A stretch of 63,845 nt of DNA, the filler included. It is 4 parts of 4 records of this genome, joined end to end, with 100 filler letters (N's around TTAATTAATTAA, not from the genome) between each part and the next. Parts side by side here need not be neighbours in the genome. Positions count along the whole stretch, not along the records: positions 1 to 14,104 come from SRR22947727_1295; positions 14,205 to 40,894 come from SRR22947727_1300; 2 more parts are not named here. One strand, written 5' to 3'. The position numbers and the translations under genes are program-made. Position 1 is the first letter of the stretch; each line of letters begins with the position of its first letter. A model generated the notes under the pieces. The model was not told the origin of the DNA and made no database searches. It saw only the letters and a list, made by a program, of their open reading frames with translations. Positions 9,003 to 18,631 of the stretch are shown piece after piece.

Positions 9003-11885
9003 ATGCTCCTCCTCCGCAACTCGATCTTGTTGGGTTTTGCGGTCGTATTTTTCGCGACTGCAGGGGGAATCGTCGTCGCGCAAGATCCTGCCCCAGATCC
9101 GGCAGCACCTGCGGTGGCGGGGATTGAAACGGAAGGCCCTGTCGAATTGCTCAAACGCGGTCGCGCAGCGTTTGCGGCATCGAATTTTGCGGAAGCCGAG
9201 CAGGCGTTGGGAAAATTCGTGACTGATTACGGTGCCGACGAGCAAGCAAAGGAAGCGGCACGAATTCACACGCCCATGGTCGCGATTTCCAAGGTGGGCC
9301 TGAAGAAATTCGATGAAGCTCTGGTATGGATCGATCGCTCTTTTCAAGATCCCGAGCTCCCTCCGACGTTTCGCGATGAACTGAGTTTTTGGAAAGGCAT
9401 TTGCCTGATGACTCAACAGAAACTCGTCGAAGCGCAGGAAGCTTTCGGCGAATATTGGGCGAACGAAAATTTCAACGCGTTCAAGCGCTACGAGGCCCTG
9501 CTTCTTTTTGCAACGCTGTATTTGCAGCAGGAATTTCCGGCTTTCGCGGCGGATTTTCTGGAAGGCGAGCTTCCGAAGTTTCGCGACAAAGCTCCTGAAG
9601 CGGCCAGCCGGGCAGTGGTTTTACAGCTCTACGCACGACTCGCGGCGAAGCAAAATGACAAAGCTCTCGAACTCCTGAAAGCGGAATACCCCCGCATGAA
9701 TGAGATGACTCAGGTGATTAGCTTTCAGACGCTGGCGATGCAGCTGGGCGCGAGTTTTCTCGAAGCGAAAGACTGGCACAACGCGATCGCCTGCCTCCAG
9801 CGAATTTGGCCTCGCGAACGATTACTGGAATATCAGAATGCGAAGATTGCTGAAATCGAAGAGAGGATCGACATGCTGAAAAAGCGTCCAAATACGCAGT
9901 CGATCGTTTTTCAGCTGGAAGGAATTTTGAAACGGGTTCGCCGCGAAATGGAGAATTTTCAGAAAATGGAAAACTTCGATTCGGCACTCCGGCTTCGTTT
10001 AGCGATGTCACTTCAAGGACTCGGCCGGTATCGCGAAGCCGCGCTGGTGATGGAGGAAATGCTCAAAACGATGCCGCAGGATAAGGTCGTGGATTCGGCA
10101 AGTTTGGCGTTGGTTCAATGCTGGATGGAAATCGAGCGTTGGCCAAAAGCAATTGAAGCGGCCGATCTCTATGTCGAAAAATTCGGAGAAACGGGTGAAA
10201 ATCTGGCGACGGTTCTATTCTTCAAAGCGGAAGCGTTGAAGGAGAGCCTCGACTTTGCAGAAGCCCAACTGGCCTATGGCGAGCTCGTCGAAAAATTCCC
10301 CGAAGATCCCATCGCGCCGAAAGCGGTTTTCATGCAGGGCTTCCTTTATCTTCAGCAGGACGACAATGACGGCGCTCAATTTCAGTTTGATCAAGTCATC
10401 CGAAAATTTCCGGATTCACCGATGGTCGAAGCCGCAGATTACTGGACGGGGATGGCACTTTCTTTTGCGAAGGACTACGTCCCTGCGCGCGAGCACATGC
10501 AGGGCTATTTGGACCGCCACGATCAGCCGCAGTATAAAAAAGAAGCGCTGTTTCGAATCGCTGTCTGCACATTTTCGAATGCGGAATATGTCGAATCCAT
10601 CGCGCTTTTCGAAGACTGGTTGGCAACCTACGCGGGTGACCCAATGGCTGATGAAGCCAACCTATTGCTCGGTGATGCCTACTTTGGCGAAGGCGATGCT
10701 GAAAAAGGATTCGCTGCTTACGAAGCTGTCCGGCCAAGTTCGGTTCGATTTTTTGAAGACGCTTGGTTTAAGAAAGGCAAAGCCATGAAACTGCTTGAAG
10801 AGTTCGAGCAGATGCGTGGGCACTACGAGGAATTTGTGAAAACATATCCGACGAGCAATCGGATGCCGGAGGCGGTTTACTGGATGGGGTGGGTCGATTC
10901 AACCCAAGATCAGCCCGCGAAAGCCCGCGAAATTTACTGGCAGACCATCGACGAATTTGGGAATGATCCGGACATGACCACGGTCGTCGATTTGTTTTCG
11001 GCCTTGCCAAAAGCCTACAAAAACGACGGCGAAGAAGGACGGCAGGCGCTGCTATTGCGTCTCGAAAAAACGATGGCGACGGCCGAAGCCAAAGATCAAA
11101 AAACCCTGGCGCTGCGAGCAGCTTTTGCCCGGGCGAATCTAATTTCAAAGAAAAGCCCGCAACTTGGTCAGTCGGGATTATTGGCAGCTGGAAAATTCGC
11201 TGATCCGAAAATTCACAATCCAATGATCACTGTCGCAATTGCTGATGCGCAGCGCGAAGCGGGCAACCTGTTGGTCGCGAAAAAAATGTTCACCAAGATT
11301 CGAAAATGGAATCCACGAGCGGTTCAGAAAGATAAAATTTACGCAGGCCTCGGAGCGATCGCCGAGACGGAGAAAGATTATACGGAGGCGATCAAGTATT
11401 ACGAAAAGTTCGAGAAAGAAACGGCTTCTTCAACCGGGCTCGGCGACATCCAGTTAGCGAAGGCGCGAATTTATGCCGCCCAAGGTCAGAAACAAAAAGC
11501 TCAGGAAACGCTCGAAACGATGCTGGAAGGCGGGACGATCGCAGCGGCAACCAAAGCAAAGGCACTTTATGATATCGGCCAGATTCTGATTTCCGAAGGC
11601 GAGACGAAAAAAGCGACGGCCTATTTCGAGCGCGTCTATGTGGCCTACGGAAAATTTGGCGAGCTGAATGCAAAAGCATACTGGGCACGCGGAGAGGCTT
11701 TGGAGGATTTGAAAATGCTTCCTGAAGCGCTCGAAGTGTATCAGGAATTGGCCAGTCGCGACGATCTCTCGCGCTACGACGAGTTCAAGAAAGTCGGCGA
11801 GAAAATTAGTCGACTCGAACCGCTCGTTCCGAAAAAAATCGAGCCCGAAGTTCAGGAGAATGCCAACGAGGAGGTCGGAACATGA
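9003..11885 (+). CDS. Large secreted tetratricopeptide-repeat protein (BamD/YbgF-like repeats)
   Basis: Signal peptide; repeated A..F..LVEKFP.S...A.Y TPR pattern. Confidence 0.85.
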   Translation: MLLLRNSILLGFAVVFFATAGGIVVAQDPAPDPAAPAVAGIETEGPVELLKRGRAAFAASNFAEAEQALGKFVTDYGADEQAKEAARIHTPMVAISKVGLKKFDEALVWIDRSFQDPELPPTFRDELSFWKGICLMTQQKLVEAQEAFGEYWANENFNAFKRYEALLLFATLYLQQEFPAFAADFLEGELPKFRDKAPEAASRAVVLQLYARLAAKQNDKALELLKAEYPRMNEMTQVISFQTLAMQLGASFLEAKDWHNAIACLQRIWPRERLLEYQNAKIAEIEERIDMLKKRPNTQSIVFQLEGILKRVRREMENFQKMENFDSALRLRLAMSLQGLGRYREAALVMEEMLKTMPQDKVVDSASLALVQCWMEIERWPKAIEAADLYVEKFGETGENLATVLFFKAEALKESLDFAEAQLAYGELVEKFPEDPIAPKAVFMQGFLYLQQDDNDGAQFQFDQVIRKFPDSPMVEAADYWTGMALSFAKDYVPAREHMQGYLDRHDQPQYKKEALFRIAVCTFSNAEYVESIALFEDWLATYAGDPMADEANLLLGDAYFGEGDAEKGFAAYEAVRPSSVRFFEDAWFKKGKAMKLLEEFEQMRGHYEEFVKTYPTSNRMPEAVYWMGWVDSTQDQPAKAREIYWQTIDEFGNDPDMTTVVDLFSALPKAYKNDGEEGRQALLLRLEKTMATAEAKDQKTLALRAAFARANLISKKSPQLGQSGLLAAGKFADPKIHNPMITVAIADAQREAGNLLVAKKMFTKIRKWNPRAVQKDKIYAGLGAIAETEKDYTEAIKYYEKFEKETASSTGLGDIQLAKARIYAAQGQKQKAQETLETMLEGGTIAAATKAKALYDIGQILISEGETKKATAYFERVYVAYGKFGELNAKAYWARGEALEDLKMLPEALEVYQELASRDDLSRYDEFKKVGEKISRLEPLVPKKIEPEVQENANEEVGT

Positions 11886-12817
11886 ATCGGTTTCTTCTGC
11901 CAATCGTTGCTGCTATTTTTCTGGCAACCAGCTCACACGCACTTGATGTGATTCATCTGCCGGATGGTCAATCCATTCAGTGTCGGATCGATGCGATTAC
12001 CGACAACATCGTGACTTATTCGACCTCGGTGCGTCTGCCAAATGGCCGAACCGGAACTTCGCAGCGGACCATTCCAGCTGACCGCGTGAAGTTTATCGAC
12101 TTCGGGCCGATCCCCGGTGAAACGGAATTGATGGCGAAATTGGGAACGGCGACAGTCGAAGAAATTGACCTGATTTGGGATAAAAAATATCGCAATCTCC
12201 ATCGCCCGAAATCAAACACCGGAACGATTGGAATTGCTCTCGGCAATGCGCTGTTGAAAAAGGAAAACGACTTTCACTGGAAGCGTGCGCTCGAATTGTT
12301 CGGCATCATTCACAAAGAAGCGTGGGATCAGGGATCAAAGAATGCAGCGAAACAAGGGCGGCTCAAAACGCTGATTCGGCTGGGCGAATTGGAAACAGCA
12401 ATTACCGAGGCCCGACAGCTCGCGACCGAAACGGAAGATGCCACGATGCTGATCGAAGCTCGCTACATCGTGGCGCGTGCGGATTTTGAGAAACTGAAAC
12501 AACTCGAAGAAGAGAATCCCAAATGGGAAGAAGACGACACCGTTCGGCCCGATCGAAATCGATTGTATCACACCACGATCGATCAATTTTTATGGCCCTA
12601 CTTGTTTCATGGAACGAAAGTGGAAGTTGCTTCGCGAGGACTTTTTGCCGCTGGTGAAGTCTATCAGTTTGCAAATAAAGCAGATCTCGCCAAAGCCTGT
12701 TTTGCAGACATCGTGCAACTTTATCCTGAATCCGAAGCTGCGATGAAAGCTCAGGAAATTTTTCAGAATTTTAACACAACCACAGAACCGACTGATGACC
12801 CACCCGAAACCAAGTAG
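11882..12817 (+). CDS. Secreted hypothetical protein with C-terminal TPR
   Basis: Signal peptide; ATGA overlap with upstream gene; DIVQLYPES.AA TPR-type end. Confidence 0.75.
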   Translation: MNRFLLPIVAAIFLATSSHALDVIHLPDGQSIQCRIDAITDNIVTYSTSVRLPNGRTGTSQRTIPADRVKFIDFGPIPGETELMAKLGTATVEEIDLIWDKKYRNLHRPKSNTGTIGIALGNALLKKENDFHWKRALELFGIIHKEAWDQGSKNAAKQGRLKTLIRLGELETAITEARQLATETEDATMLIEARYIVARADFEKLKQLEEENPKWEEDDTVRPDRNRLYHTTIDQFLWPYLFHGTKVEVASRGLFAAGEVYQFANKADLAKACFADIVQLYPESEAAMKAQEIFQNFNTTTEPTDDPPETK

Positions 12818-13622
12818 CAGCCATTTTTGGAAAATTACCCTGCTTTCCGCAACCCTGATTTTTTCCAACGGAGCGATCAGCTTCGCCCAGGATGGCAATG
12901 CCGACACCGTCACTACAACTGAAGACGGCACGACTGTTGAAACGCAATCGGCGCTTGATCTTTACAAACAGGGCGGCGGTTTCATGCACGTGCTTTTGAT
13001 TTGCTCGATCGGCACGATTGCCGTTGCCGTTTATTGCTTTGTTCAAATCAACGCCAATAAAATGGTCCCCAAAACAATGGTCGATCAGGTGAATGCCGCG
13101 ATGGCCTCGAAAGATGTCGGCTCGGCCTATCAAGTTTGTCAATCGACGCCAAACAGCTACGCGAACGTCATTTCGAGTGCGTTACTGAAAGTTAATTTTG
13201 AGCGTGATTTAGCGAACAAGGTTTCCATGGTTGATGCCGCCGGCGAATTGCTCGACGAAGAAGAGCACAAACAGATGGTGTGGATCAATTACCTGAATGT
13301 CTTCGCGGTTCTTGCTCCGATGATTGGATTGCTGGGAACGGTTTGGGGAATGATTCAGGCGTTTGATCAACTAACCTCTGGAAATGCGGGACCCGCGGAA
13401 TTGGCGGGCGGTATTAAAATTGCGATGGTGACGACGGCGGGCGGACTTCTCGTGGGAATTCCGGCGATGTTTTTCTACCTGTTTTTCCGCGACCGATTGC
13501 AGGGAGTGATGACAAAAATTCAACGCCACGCCAGTTTCGCGATCGATATTTTATCCGGCGAAATTCGACTCGAAGGCGCATCCACTCCCGCTGAAGAAGT
13601 TGCGGCTGAGCCCGAAGCGTAA
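12795..13622 (+). CDS. exbB: MotA/TolQ/ExbB proton channel protein
   Basis: APMIGLLGTVWGMI..F and GGI..AMVTTAGGL.VGIPA. Confidence 0.9.
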   Translation: MTHPKPSSSHFWKITLLSATLIFSNGAISFAQDGNADTVTTTEDGTTVETQSALDLYKQGGGFMHVLLICSIGTIAVAVYCFVQINANKMVPKTMVDQVNAAMASKDVGSAYQVCQSTPNSYANVISSALLKVNFERDLANKVSMVDAAGELLDEEEHKQMVWINYLNVFAVLAPMIGLLGTVWGMIQAFDQLTSGNAGPAELAGGIKIAMVTTAGGLLVGIPAMFFYLFFRDRLQGVMTKIQRHASFAIDILSGEIRLEGASTPAEEVAAEPEA

Positions 13623-13647
13623 ATCCTGACTCCCGAATCCTTCCCAA

Positions 13648-14052
13648 ATGATCCGCAGAAAAAAAGCAGACGGAGAAGTCGCGTTCAACATCACGCCGAT
13701 GATTGACATGACATTTCTGCTTTTGATCTTTTTCATGGTGACCCAACGGATCACCGAACAGCAGATCAACGTTCCGATTACCCTCCCCATCGCGATTTCC
13801 TCTGTCAAACCCAGCAAGGTCGAGCGCGACATCGTGAACATCGACGGCGTAGGAAATTATTACATCGGCGACCGGCCAGCGACAAAGGACGAGTTGATGG
13901 CTCACCTTCGTATAAAATTTAAAGACTATCCGCCCCTGCAGATTTACCTGCGGGCGGACAAAAACACGCCCACCAAAAAGATCCGCGAATTCATGGACAT
14001 GGCCGCCGAAGTCGGCGCGCTCGATGTGATTTTTGGAACCTACGCCAAATGA
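13648..14052 (+). CDS. exbD: ExbD/TolR family protein
   Basis: NITPMIDMTFLLLIFFMV; LRADK motif. Confidence 0.9.
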   Translation: MIRRKKADGEVAFNITPMIDMTFLLLIFFMVTQRITEQQINVPITLPIAISSVKPSKVERDIVNIDGVGNYYIGDRPATKDELMAHLRIKFKDYPPLQIYLRADKNTPTKKIREFMDMAAEVGALDVIFGTYAK

Positions 14053-14104
14053 AATTTAACCTTCCAACGAACCTACAGGGCGACAAGCTGGCTCGCCAGC
14101 GGTC

Positions 14105-14204
14105 NNNNNNNNNNNNNNNNNNNNNNNNNNNNNNNNNNNNNNNNNNNNTTAATTAATTAANNNNNNNNNNNNNNNNNNNNNNNNNNNNNNNNNNNNNNNN
14201 NNNN
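14105..14204. other. Artificial contig spacer
   Basis: 44 N + TTAATTAATTAA (stops in all six frames) + 44 N; composition changes across it. Confidence 0.98.
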
Positions 14205-14729
14205 TTTACCAACTTTTTCCATAGCCTCAGCAATCATAGATCCTATGTCTTTGTCTGAGTTGGCGGATATAGTTCCAACTTGTTCTATTTCGTTCTGTGT
14301 TTTACATTGTTTTGATATTTTAGAGAGTTGTTCAACCACTGCATCAGTGGCTTTGTCCATTCCTCTTTTTAAATCCATTGGGTTCATGCCGGCAGTGATA
14401 TACTTAACACCTTCATTAACAATTGCTTGAGCTAACACTGTGGCAGTGGTTGTTCCATCACCTGCTTCTTCGTTGGTTCTGCTGGCAACTTCCTTAACCA
14501 TCTGAGCACCCATGTTGGCTAGATCATCTTTTAATAAAATTTCTTTTGCTACTGTGACACCATCTTTGGTTATTGCTGGAGCACCCCATGTTCTTTGTAG
14601 AACAACATTTCTACCTTTGGGTCCTAGAGTTATTCTCACAGCATTTGCTAGAATATCTACTCCTTGAATTAGTTTGCTTCTGCTACGAGATCCAAATTCT
14701 ACTTTTTTTGTTTTACCATTAATTGCCAT
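14205..14729 (-). CDS. groEL: Chaperonin GroEL (3' truncated by contig end)
   Basis: [33 protein letters not shown]. Confidence 0.96.
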
Positions 14730-14760
14730 GTGTATAATACTCCTTTGTTAATACTATGCT

Positions 14761-14790
14761 AGTATATAAGCATTTGTGTGTGTTTGTCAA
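14761..14790 (-). promoter_or_regulatory. Sigma70-type promoter for groEL
   Basis: TTGACA-N18-TATACT on minus strand, AGGAG RBS downstream. Confidence 0.65.
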
Positions 14791-14808
14791 GTGGTTTATG
14801 AATATATT

Positions 14809-15000
14809 TTAATGTATGGCTTCGGCAACACTGGCACACTTGTGTTCCTCAACAAATTGGACATCGTCCAGTTTGATTGTTGGTTCATTTTCCAACAGTG
14901 TTTCGTAAGCATCTTGAAGATCCATGGCATACACTTTGAAACAACTGTCGTCATCGGTGTGCATTAGATAAATTTTGACAGGGTATTCGATAGTCCTCAT
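14809..15000 (-). CDS. Small phage hypothetical protein
   Basis: 63-aa ORF in co-directional gene run. Confidence 0.6.
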   Translation of the reverse strand: MRTIEYPVKIYLMHTDDDSCFKVYAMDLQDAYETLLENEPTIKLDDVQFVEEHKCASVAEAIH

Positions 15001-15014
15001 ACCAACTGTTTATG

Positions 15015-15404
15015 CTATTGTTGTGGAGTTATTGTTAAATCGTGAGTAACAAACAGCAGGCAAGTGTCTTCGCTGATTGGGACATTCATTGTTGCCGCTG
15101 TGCTGGATCCATCTGAACTAATAAAATATGTGAGTAGAAACACAGGTTTGCCTTTGGGATCGGAATTAGTTCTACCCAAACTCATATTCACAGCCACAAA
15201 ACCTTTTGCTGTTAGTTCTTCGAAGATTGTATTTCCTTCAGCACACACCATGGGCAACTTCTGCCAATGGTAACCTGGAGTCAATGTAGGCAAAGTGGCA
15301 TTTGGTGTTTTGGGTGTTTCAGGTGTTTCGGATGTTTCTTCTGCAGTTATGCTAAAGTTTAATAAGAATACAGCAATCAACATTCCCCAAATAAAGTTTT
15401 TCAT
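15015..15404 (-). CDS. Secreted hypothetical protein
   Basis: Signal peptide MKNFIWGMLIAVFLL; two Cys; TAAATA 5 nt upstream of ATG 15404. Confidence 0.65.
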   Translation of the reverse strand: MKNFIWGMLIAVFLLNFSITAEETSETPETPKTPNATLPTLTPGYHWQKLPMVCAEGNTIFEELTAKGFVAVNMSLGRTNSDPKGKPVFLLTYFISSDGSSTAATMNVPISEDTCLLFVTHDLTITPQQ

Positions 15405-15429
15405 GCTAATATTTATTCTAAAAAGTAGG

Positions 15430-15726
15430 CTAGTTACTAGATTTTTTAGATTTTTTAGATTTATTTGAGTCTTTGGTTTTTTTACTACGCCAAGTTTTTG
15501 GAGTAATTGTTGTGGGAGGAATCCAACCTGCATTCTGATTAGACATACCCATTTCTTGATTAGTAACTCCGTAAGGAACTTTTTCAACTTTGCCACCTTT
15601 GGCAAGAAACTCTTTCATAAGTTTTTCTCTTTCCTTTGCTTTCTCTTCCAAAGTTAATTCTGGTCCATCAGGATGTTGCAGTTTAACAACTTTTTTGAAT
15701 TTTGGAGCATTTTTAGGTCTCATCAT
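15430..15726 (-). CDS. SutA-like RNA polymerase-binding protein
   Basis: EEKAKEREKLMKEFLAKGGKVEKV resembles the MEEFLxRGGKVQE core of Pseudomonas SutA. Confidence 0.55.
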   Translation of the reverse strand: MMRPKNAPKFKKVVKLQHPDGPELTLEEKAKEREKLMKEFLAKGGKVEKVPYGVTNQEMGMSNQNAGWIPPTTITPKTWRSKKTKDSNKSKKSKKSSN

Positions 15727-15926
15727 TTCACACTCCTCCTGTGTGAGTCTTGGTTATTACAGAAAACTCTTATCAGCCTAGACACGTCAACTTCCTCAGT
15801 CTTCAAAGACCTTGGATTTGTGAATCTAACGATACAATCGTTAACCTTCAATGTTGCCGAGTTAGTGTCTACAACGACTGCGTCGTCTGTGTTCTTTCTC
15901 CAATCGTGTGATGAGTATTGTGTCAT
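15723..15926 (-). CDS. Small phage hypothetical protein
   Basis: 67-aa ORF, ATGA overlap with next gene. Confidence 0.6.
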   Translation of the reverse strand: MTQYSSHDWRKNTDDAVVVDTNSATLKVNDCIVRFTNPRSLKTEEVDVSRLIRVFCNNQDSHRRSVK

Positions 15927-15965
15927 TAAATTATCTCTTTCTCTAATAAAACAAACAACTAAAAG

Positions 15966-16097
15966 TTATCCGTTTTGTGCTGATTCAATTATTGAATTAT
16001 ACAGATTGTTTGCATATTCAGTAATGGTCGATGCCCACTCTGGTTGTACAAGATATATGTACATTCCAATTGCACCAATTATTATGCCTTTGATCAT
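15966..16097 (-). CDS. 43-aa membrane peptide (not in ORF track)
   Basis: MIKGIIIGAIGMYIYLVQPEW...; AAGGAAAGG RBS. Confidence 0.55.
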   Translation of the reverse strand: MIKGIIIGAIGMYIYLVQPEWASTITEYANNLYNSIIESAQNG

Positions 16098-16142
16098 ATT
16101 GCCTTTCCTTTTTGCCTTTTTGTTAATAATATATCCATTGTG

Positions 16143-16334
16143 TTAATAAGTCAAGTATTTTGTTTTGTACCATTTGTAAAAATCTTTGTTTGAAAAGAAC
16201 TTTGCTACATCACTGGCAGGCACTTGATCACTTCTGATACAGTCTGCTATGTTTTGATATTCTTCTACCACAACGTCTTTGTTAGAGCCTTTCAGGATGT
16301 CTATCAATTTCTTTTTGCTCACTTTTCTAACCAT
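16143..16334 (-). CDS. Small phage hypothetical protein
   Basis: 63-aa ORF abutting upstream gene. Confidence 0.6.
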   Translation of the reverse strand: MVRKVSKKKLIDILKGSNKDVVVEEYQNIADCIRSDQVPASDVAKFFSNKDFYKWYKTKYLTY

Positions 16335-16591
16335 TAATGTATAACCTCTTTCTTATCTTTTTGAAAAGGTTCAATGTCTACTGCTGATGAACAAACATCA
16401 TCCAGTAATCTTTGGAAGTCTTCTTTGGGTAAACATGAACGATACATTTTCAATCCCAAAGCAAGATACACACTGGCTACCATTTGATGATCATTGTCTA
16501 TTCCTTTTTCAACCATCTGCTCAAAGATTTCTGCGTACAGTTCTTCGTGATGCTCTGCAATTTGAATTTTCTTTTTGATATCGTCTGACAT
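16334..16591 (-). CDS. Phage hypothetical protein
   Basis: 85-aa ORF, TAATG coupling. Confidence 0.65.
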   Translation of the reverse strand: MSDDIKKKIQIAEHHEELYAEIFEQMVEKGIDNDHQMVASVYLALGLKMYRSCLPKEDFQRLLDDVCSSAVDIEPFQKDKKEVIH

Positions 16592-16903
16592 TTATGCTCC
16601 AGCCCAATGTTTTAATAGTCCCAAACCAAGCAGGGCAACACCAATACTGTTCAGCACAATCAATGCTCTGTCATGCCAAAGTATTCCTACCCACAACCAA
16701 CCAGCAACTCCAATCATTTGTACTGCTATGTTGTATGGAAACAAATTGATTGAATGCAACATCCAACCTGCTATAACAAAAAACACAGACACCCACTTCA
16801 CATACCAACTTAGGTCATGCAGTGGAGTGATCTTCTTGTAAACTCTTGTGGAGTTCAATGCTTTGATCTTGTCGTTTAATTTGATATGTTTTTTATTAGT
16901 CAT
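16592..16903 (-). CDS. Small 3-TM membrane protein (DUF6552-like)
   Basis: KKITP..DLSWYVKW...GWLWVGILWHDRALIVLN pattern recalled from marine alphaproteobacterial proteins. Confidence 0.6.
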   Translation of the reverse strand: MTNKKHIKLNDKIKALNSTRVYKKITPLHDLSWYVKWVSVFFVIAGWMLHSINLFPYNIAVQMIGVAGWLWVGILWHDRALIVLNSIGVALLGLGLLKHWAGA

Positions 16904-17030
16904 GTCTTTTGTAAACTGTTAATAGATGATTTAAAACTCCTTCCCAATATGATTTAAACCAAGGATCCTGTGCTGAAAGCATAGAGTTTCTAGCATTACG
17001 AATCAGTCTTTCTTTACTGGGTTCAAACAT
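16896..17030 (-). CDS. 44-aa phage peptide (not in ORF track)
   Basis: MFEPSKERLIRNARNSMLSAQDPWFKSYWEGVL...; fills gap in gene run. Confidence 0.5.
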   Translation of the reverse strand: MFEPSKERLIRNARNSMLSAQDPWFKSYWEGVLNHLLTVYKRHD

Positions 17031-17031
17031 T

Positions 17032-17217
17032 TTACTGAGATTGTTCATCATTCACCTTTTCAATTTCACCTTTATCAGTTTCTTTTAGATAACCCATTGA
17101 AATCATCATGTCTACTGCTCTTGCACTGGCTAACATTGTGCCTCGTTCTTTGCCTAGTTTAAAACTGATATAGATTATTGCACCAATACCCAGTCCAAAT
17201 ATTAAAATTTCATTCAT
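17032..17217 (-). CDS. Small single-TM protein
   Basis: MNEILIFGLGIGAIIYISF; ATGA overlap. Confidence 0.55.
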   Translation of the reverse strand: MNEILIFGLGIGAIIYISFKLGKERGTMLASARAVDMMISMGYLKETDKGEIEKVNDEQSQ

Positions 17218-17354
17218 GACATGATCCACGGTCCGAACAGGATCAGTATCAACATGATGGGCACCACAATGGTCATGGGCCAAAAGTTCAACAACTCAAT
17301 CCAATCCTTTTTGGTTAATTTGTATTCTTTTTGTTTTCTTTGTTTCTTAATCAT
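17214..17354 (-). CDS. 46-aa membrane peptide (not in ORF track)
   Basis: MIKKQRKQKEYKLTKKDWIELLNFWPMTIVVPIMLILILFGPWIMS; ATGA overlaps on both sides. Confidence 0.5.
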   Translation of the reverse strand: MIKKQRKQKEYKLTKKDWIELLNFWPMTIVVPIMLILILFGPWIMS

Positions 17355-17524
17355 ACTATTCTAGTACCTTGAGTTAATTTTTTGATAGTATCTTCTATTT
17401 CATACAGTTGTTCGTCCAATTCAATAATCTTTTTTGTATTGGTTTCAAACTCTAATTGGTCTTTCACTGTTATTTTTTGACGCTCTAAATCAGCAACTTG
17501 TTCTTTGTTTGATTCTGTAAACAT
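17351..17524 (-). CDS. 57-aa coiled-coil early protein (not in ORF track)
   Basis: MFTESNKEQVADLERQK...; strong AAGGAGG RBS directly downstream of a consensus promoter. Confidence 0.65.
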   Translation of the reverse strand: MFTESNKEQVADLERQKITVKDQLEFETNTKKIIELDEQLYEIEDTIKKLTQGTRIV

Positions 17525-17545
17525 TTTTCCTCCTTAAGTTATCTT

Positions 17546-17575
17546 ATTATAACACATTTTGGTACCACCTGTCAA
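17546..17575 (-). promoter_or_regulatory. Consensus sigma70 (early) promoter
   Basis: TTGACA-N18-TATAAT with extended TG. Confidence 0.75.
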
Positions 17576-17607
17576 CTGCACAGAAACCGCAGTTTCATTG
17601 ACTTTTT

Positions 17608-17838
17608 CTACCAAGGCAGTGGCACAGTGTCCGAGTTGTTATAATAATCAGTTTCTTCTACAAATTTTGACCAACTGTATGGTTCGTTTGGAAAAAATTT
17701 AATCTGTTCTCCACACACAAAACAAACATCGTGTGCTCTGTAACCAGGAGCCTTGGCACCTTTTTGCCATTCTCCCATTGTGGCTGAACAGCCTTGAAGC
17801 AACGTTAGTAAAATAATTGTTGACAATATTCTATTCAT
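17608..17838 (-). CDS. Small lipoprotein with CxxC
   Basis: Lipobox LLQGC; CFVC; TTGACA-N17-TAATAT at 17844-17872 just upstream (leaderless-type). Confidence 0.65.
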   Translation of the reverse strand: MNRILSTIILLTLLQGCSATMGEWQKGAKAPGYRAHDVCFVCGEQIKFFPNEPYSWSKFVEETDYYNNSDTVPLPW

Positions 17839-17921
17839 ACTTTATATTACAATAAAACAACCGAAATGTCAATGGTTATAAAATGCTAGTTTTATTGGCT
17901 TTTCATAAATATAGATTGAAT

Positions 17922-18380
17922 ATGACAAAACTATTAGAACACAAACACATTATAATAAGAGCAGAAGCAAACAATCCTCCTAAGGATGAAACATTTGCTA
18001 TCAATTCACTTGCTAATTTAATCGAACGCATTGATATGAAACTGTTGATGGGTCCGTTTGCCAAGTATGTTGAAATGGAAGGCAACCGAGGATTAACTGT
18101 TGCCGCAATTATAGAAACCAGTCACATTGTATTACATAGTTGGGACGAACCAACGCCTGCTATCATACAACTTGATGTGTACACTTGTGGAGCATTTGAT
18201 CCCAACACAGTGTTTGAATGGTTACAACAGTTTGATATAGGTAAAGTAGATTGGAAATATATCGATAGAGAACACGGTTTACAAGAACTAGATTACACCC
18301 CTCCAGCAAGACCCTTGCCAACACACAATTACACAACCACAGAAATTGTTGAAGCAATGGACAGCATACTTTCTAGATAA
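17922..18380 (+). CDS. speD: S-adenosylmethionine decarboxylase proenzyme
   Basis: GLTVAAIIETSHIVLHSWDE and DVYTCG motifs; TAAATA at 17906. Confidence 0.85.
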   Translation: MTKLLEHKHIIIRAEANNPPKDETFAINSLANLIERIDMKLLMGPFAKYVEMEGNRGLTVAAIIETSHIVLHSWDEPTPAIIQLDVYTCGAFDPNTVFEWLQQFDIGKVDWKYIDREHGLQELDYTPPARPLPTHNYTTTEIVEAMDSILSR

Positions 18381-18413
18381 ATATGTTTATCACACAACCT
18401 AATGGAGGTGAGC

Positions 18414-18623
18414 ATGAAGTTACGATCCATTCAGATAAATCTAGCACTAGGTCAACAGATTCTAGTTGGTCACAAGGAAGAAAAAGCAACCATCACAAAA
18501 ATAGAACATTTTGAAAAGTCTGGAGATGTGGTTATAAAGACCACTAGAGGCACTAGGAAGGCACTCACTTTTAAGATGTTACCAGAGGTTCAGGCGGGCA
18601 ATTCAGCAGACAAATATCGCTAA
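18414..18623 (+). CDS. Small SH3/KOW-like hypothetical protein
   Basis: GGAGGT RBS before ATG 18414. Confidence 0.55.
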   Translation: MKLRSIQINLALGQQILVGHKEEKATITKIEHFEKSGDVVIKTTRGTRKALTFKMLPEVQAGNSADKYR

Positions 18624-18631
18624 ATATTTTT

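Noticed and set aside
14149-14160. TTAATTAATTAA palindrome repeated three times (also 40939 and 58566)
   Set aside because: Assembly linker flanked by Ns, not biological
12795-14729. Apparent linkage of exbBD with groEL, and of rimK with the tRNA fragment
   Set aside because: The genes lie on different contigs across artificial spacers
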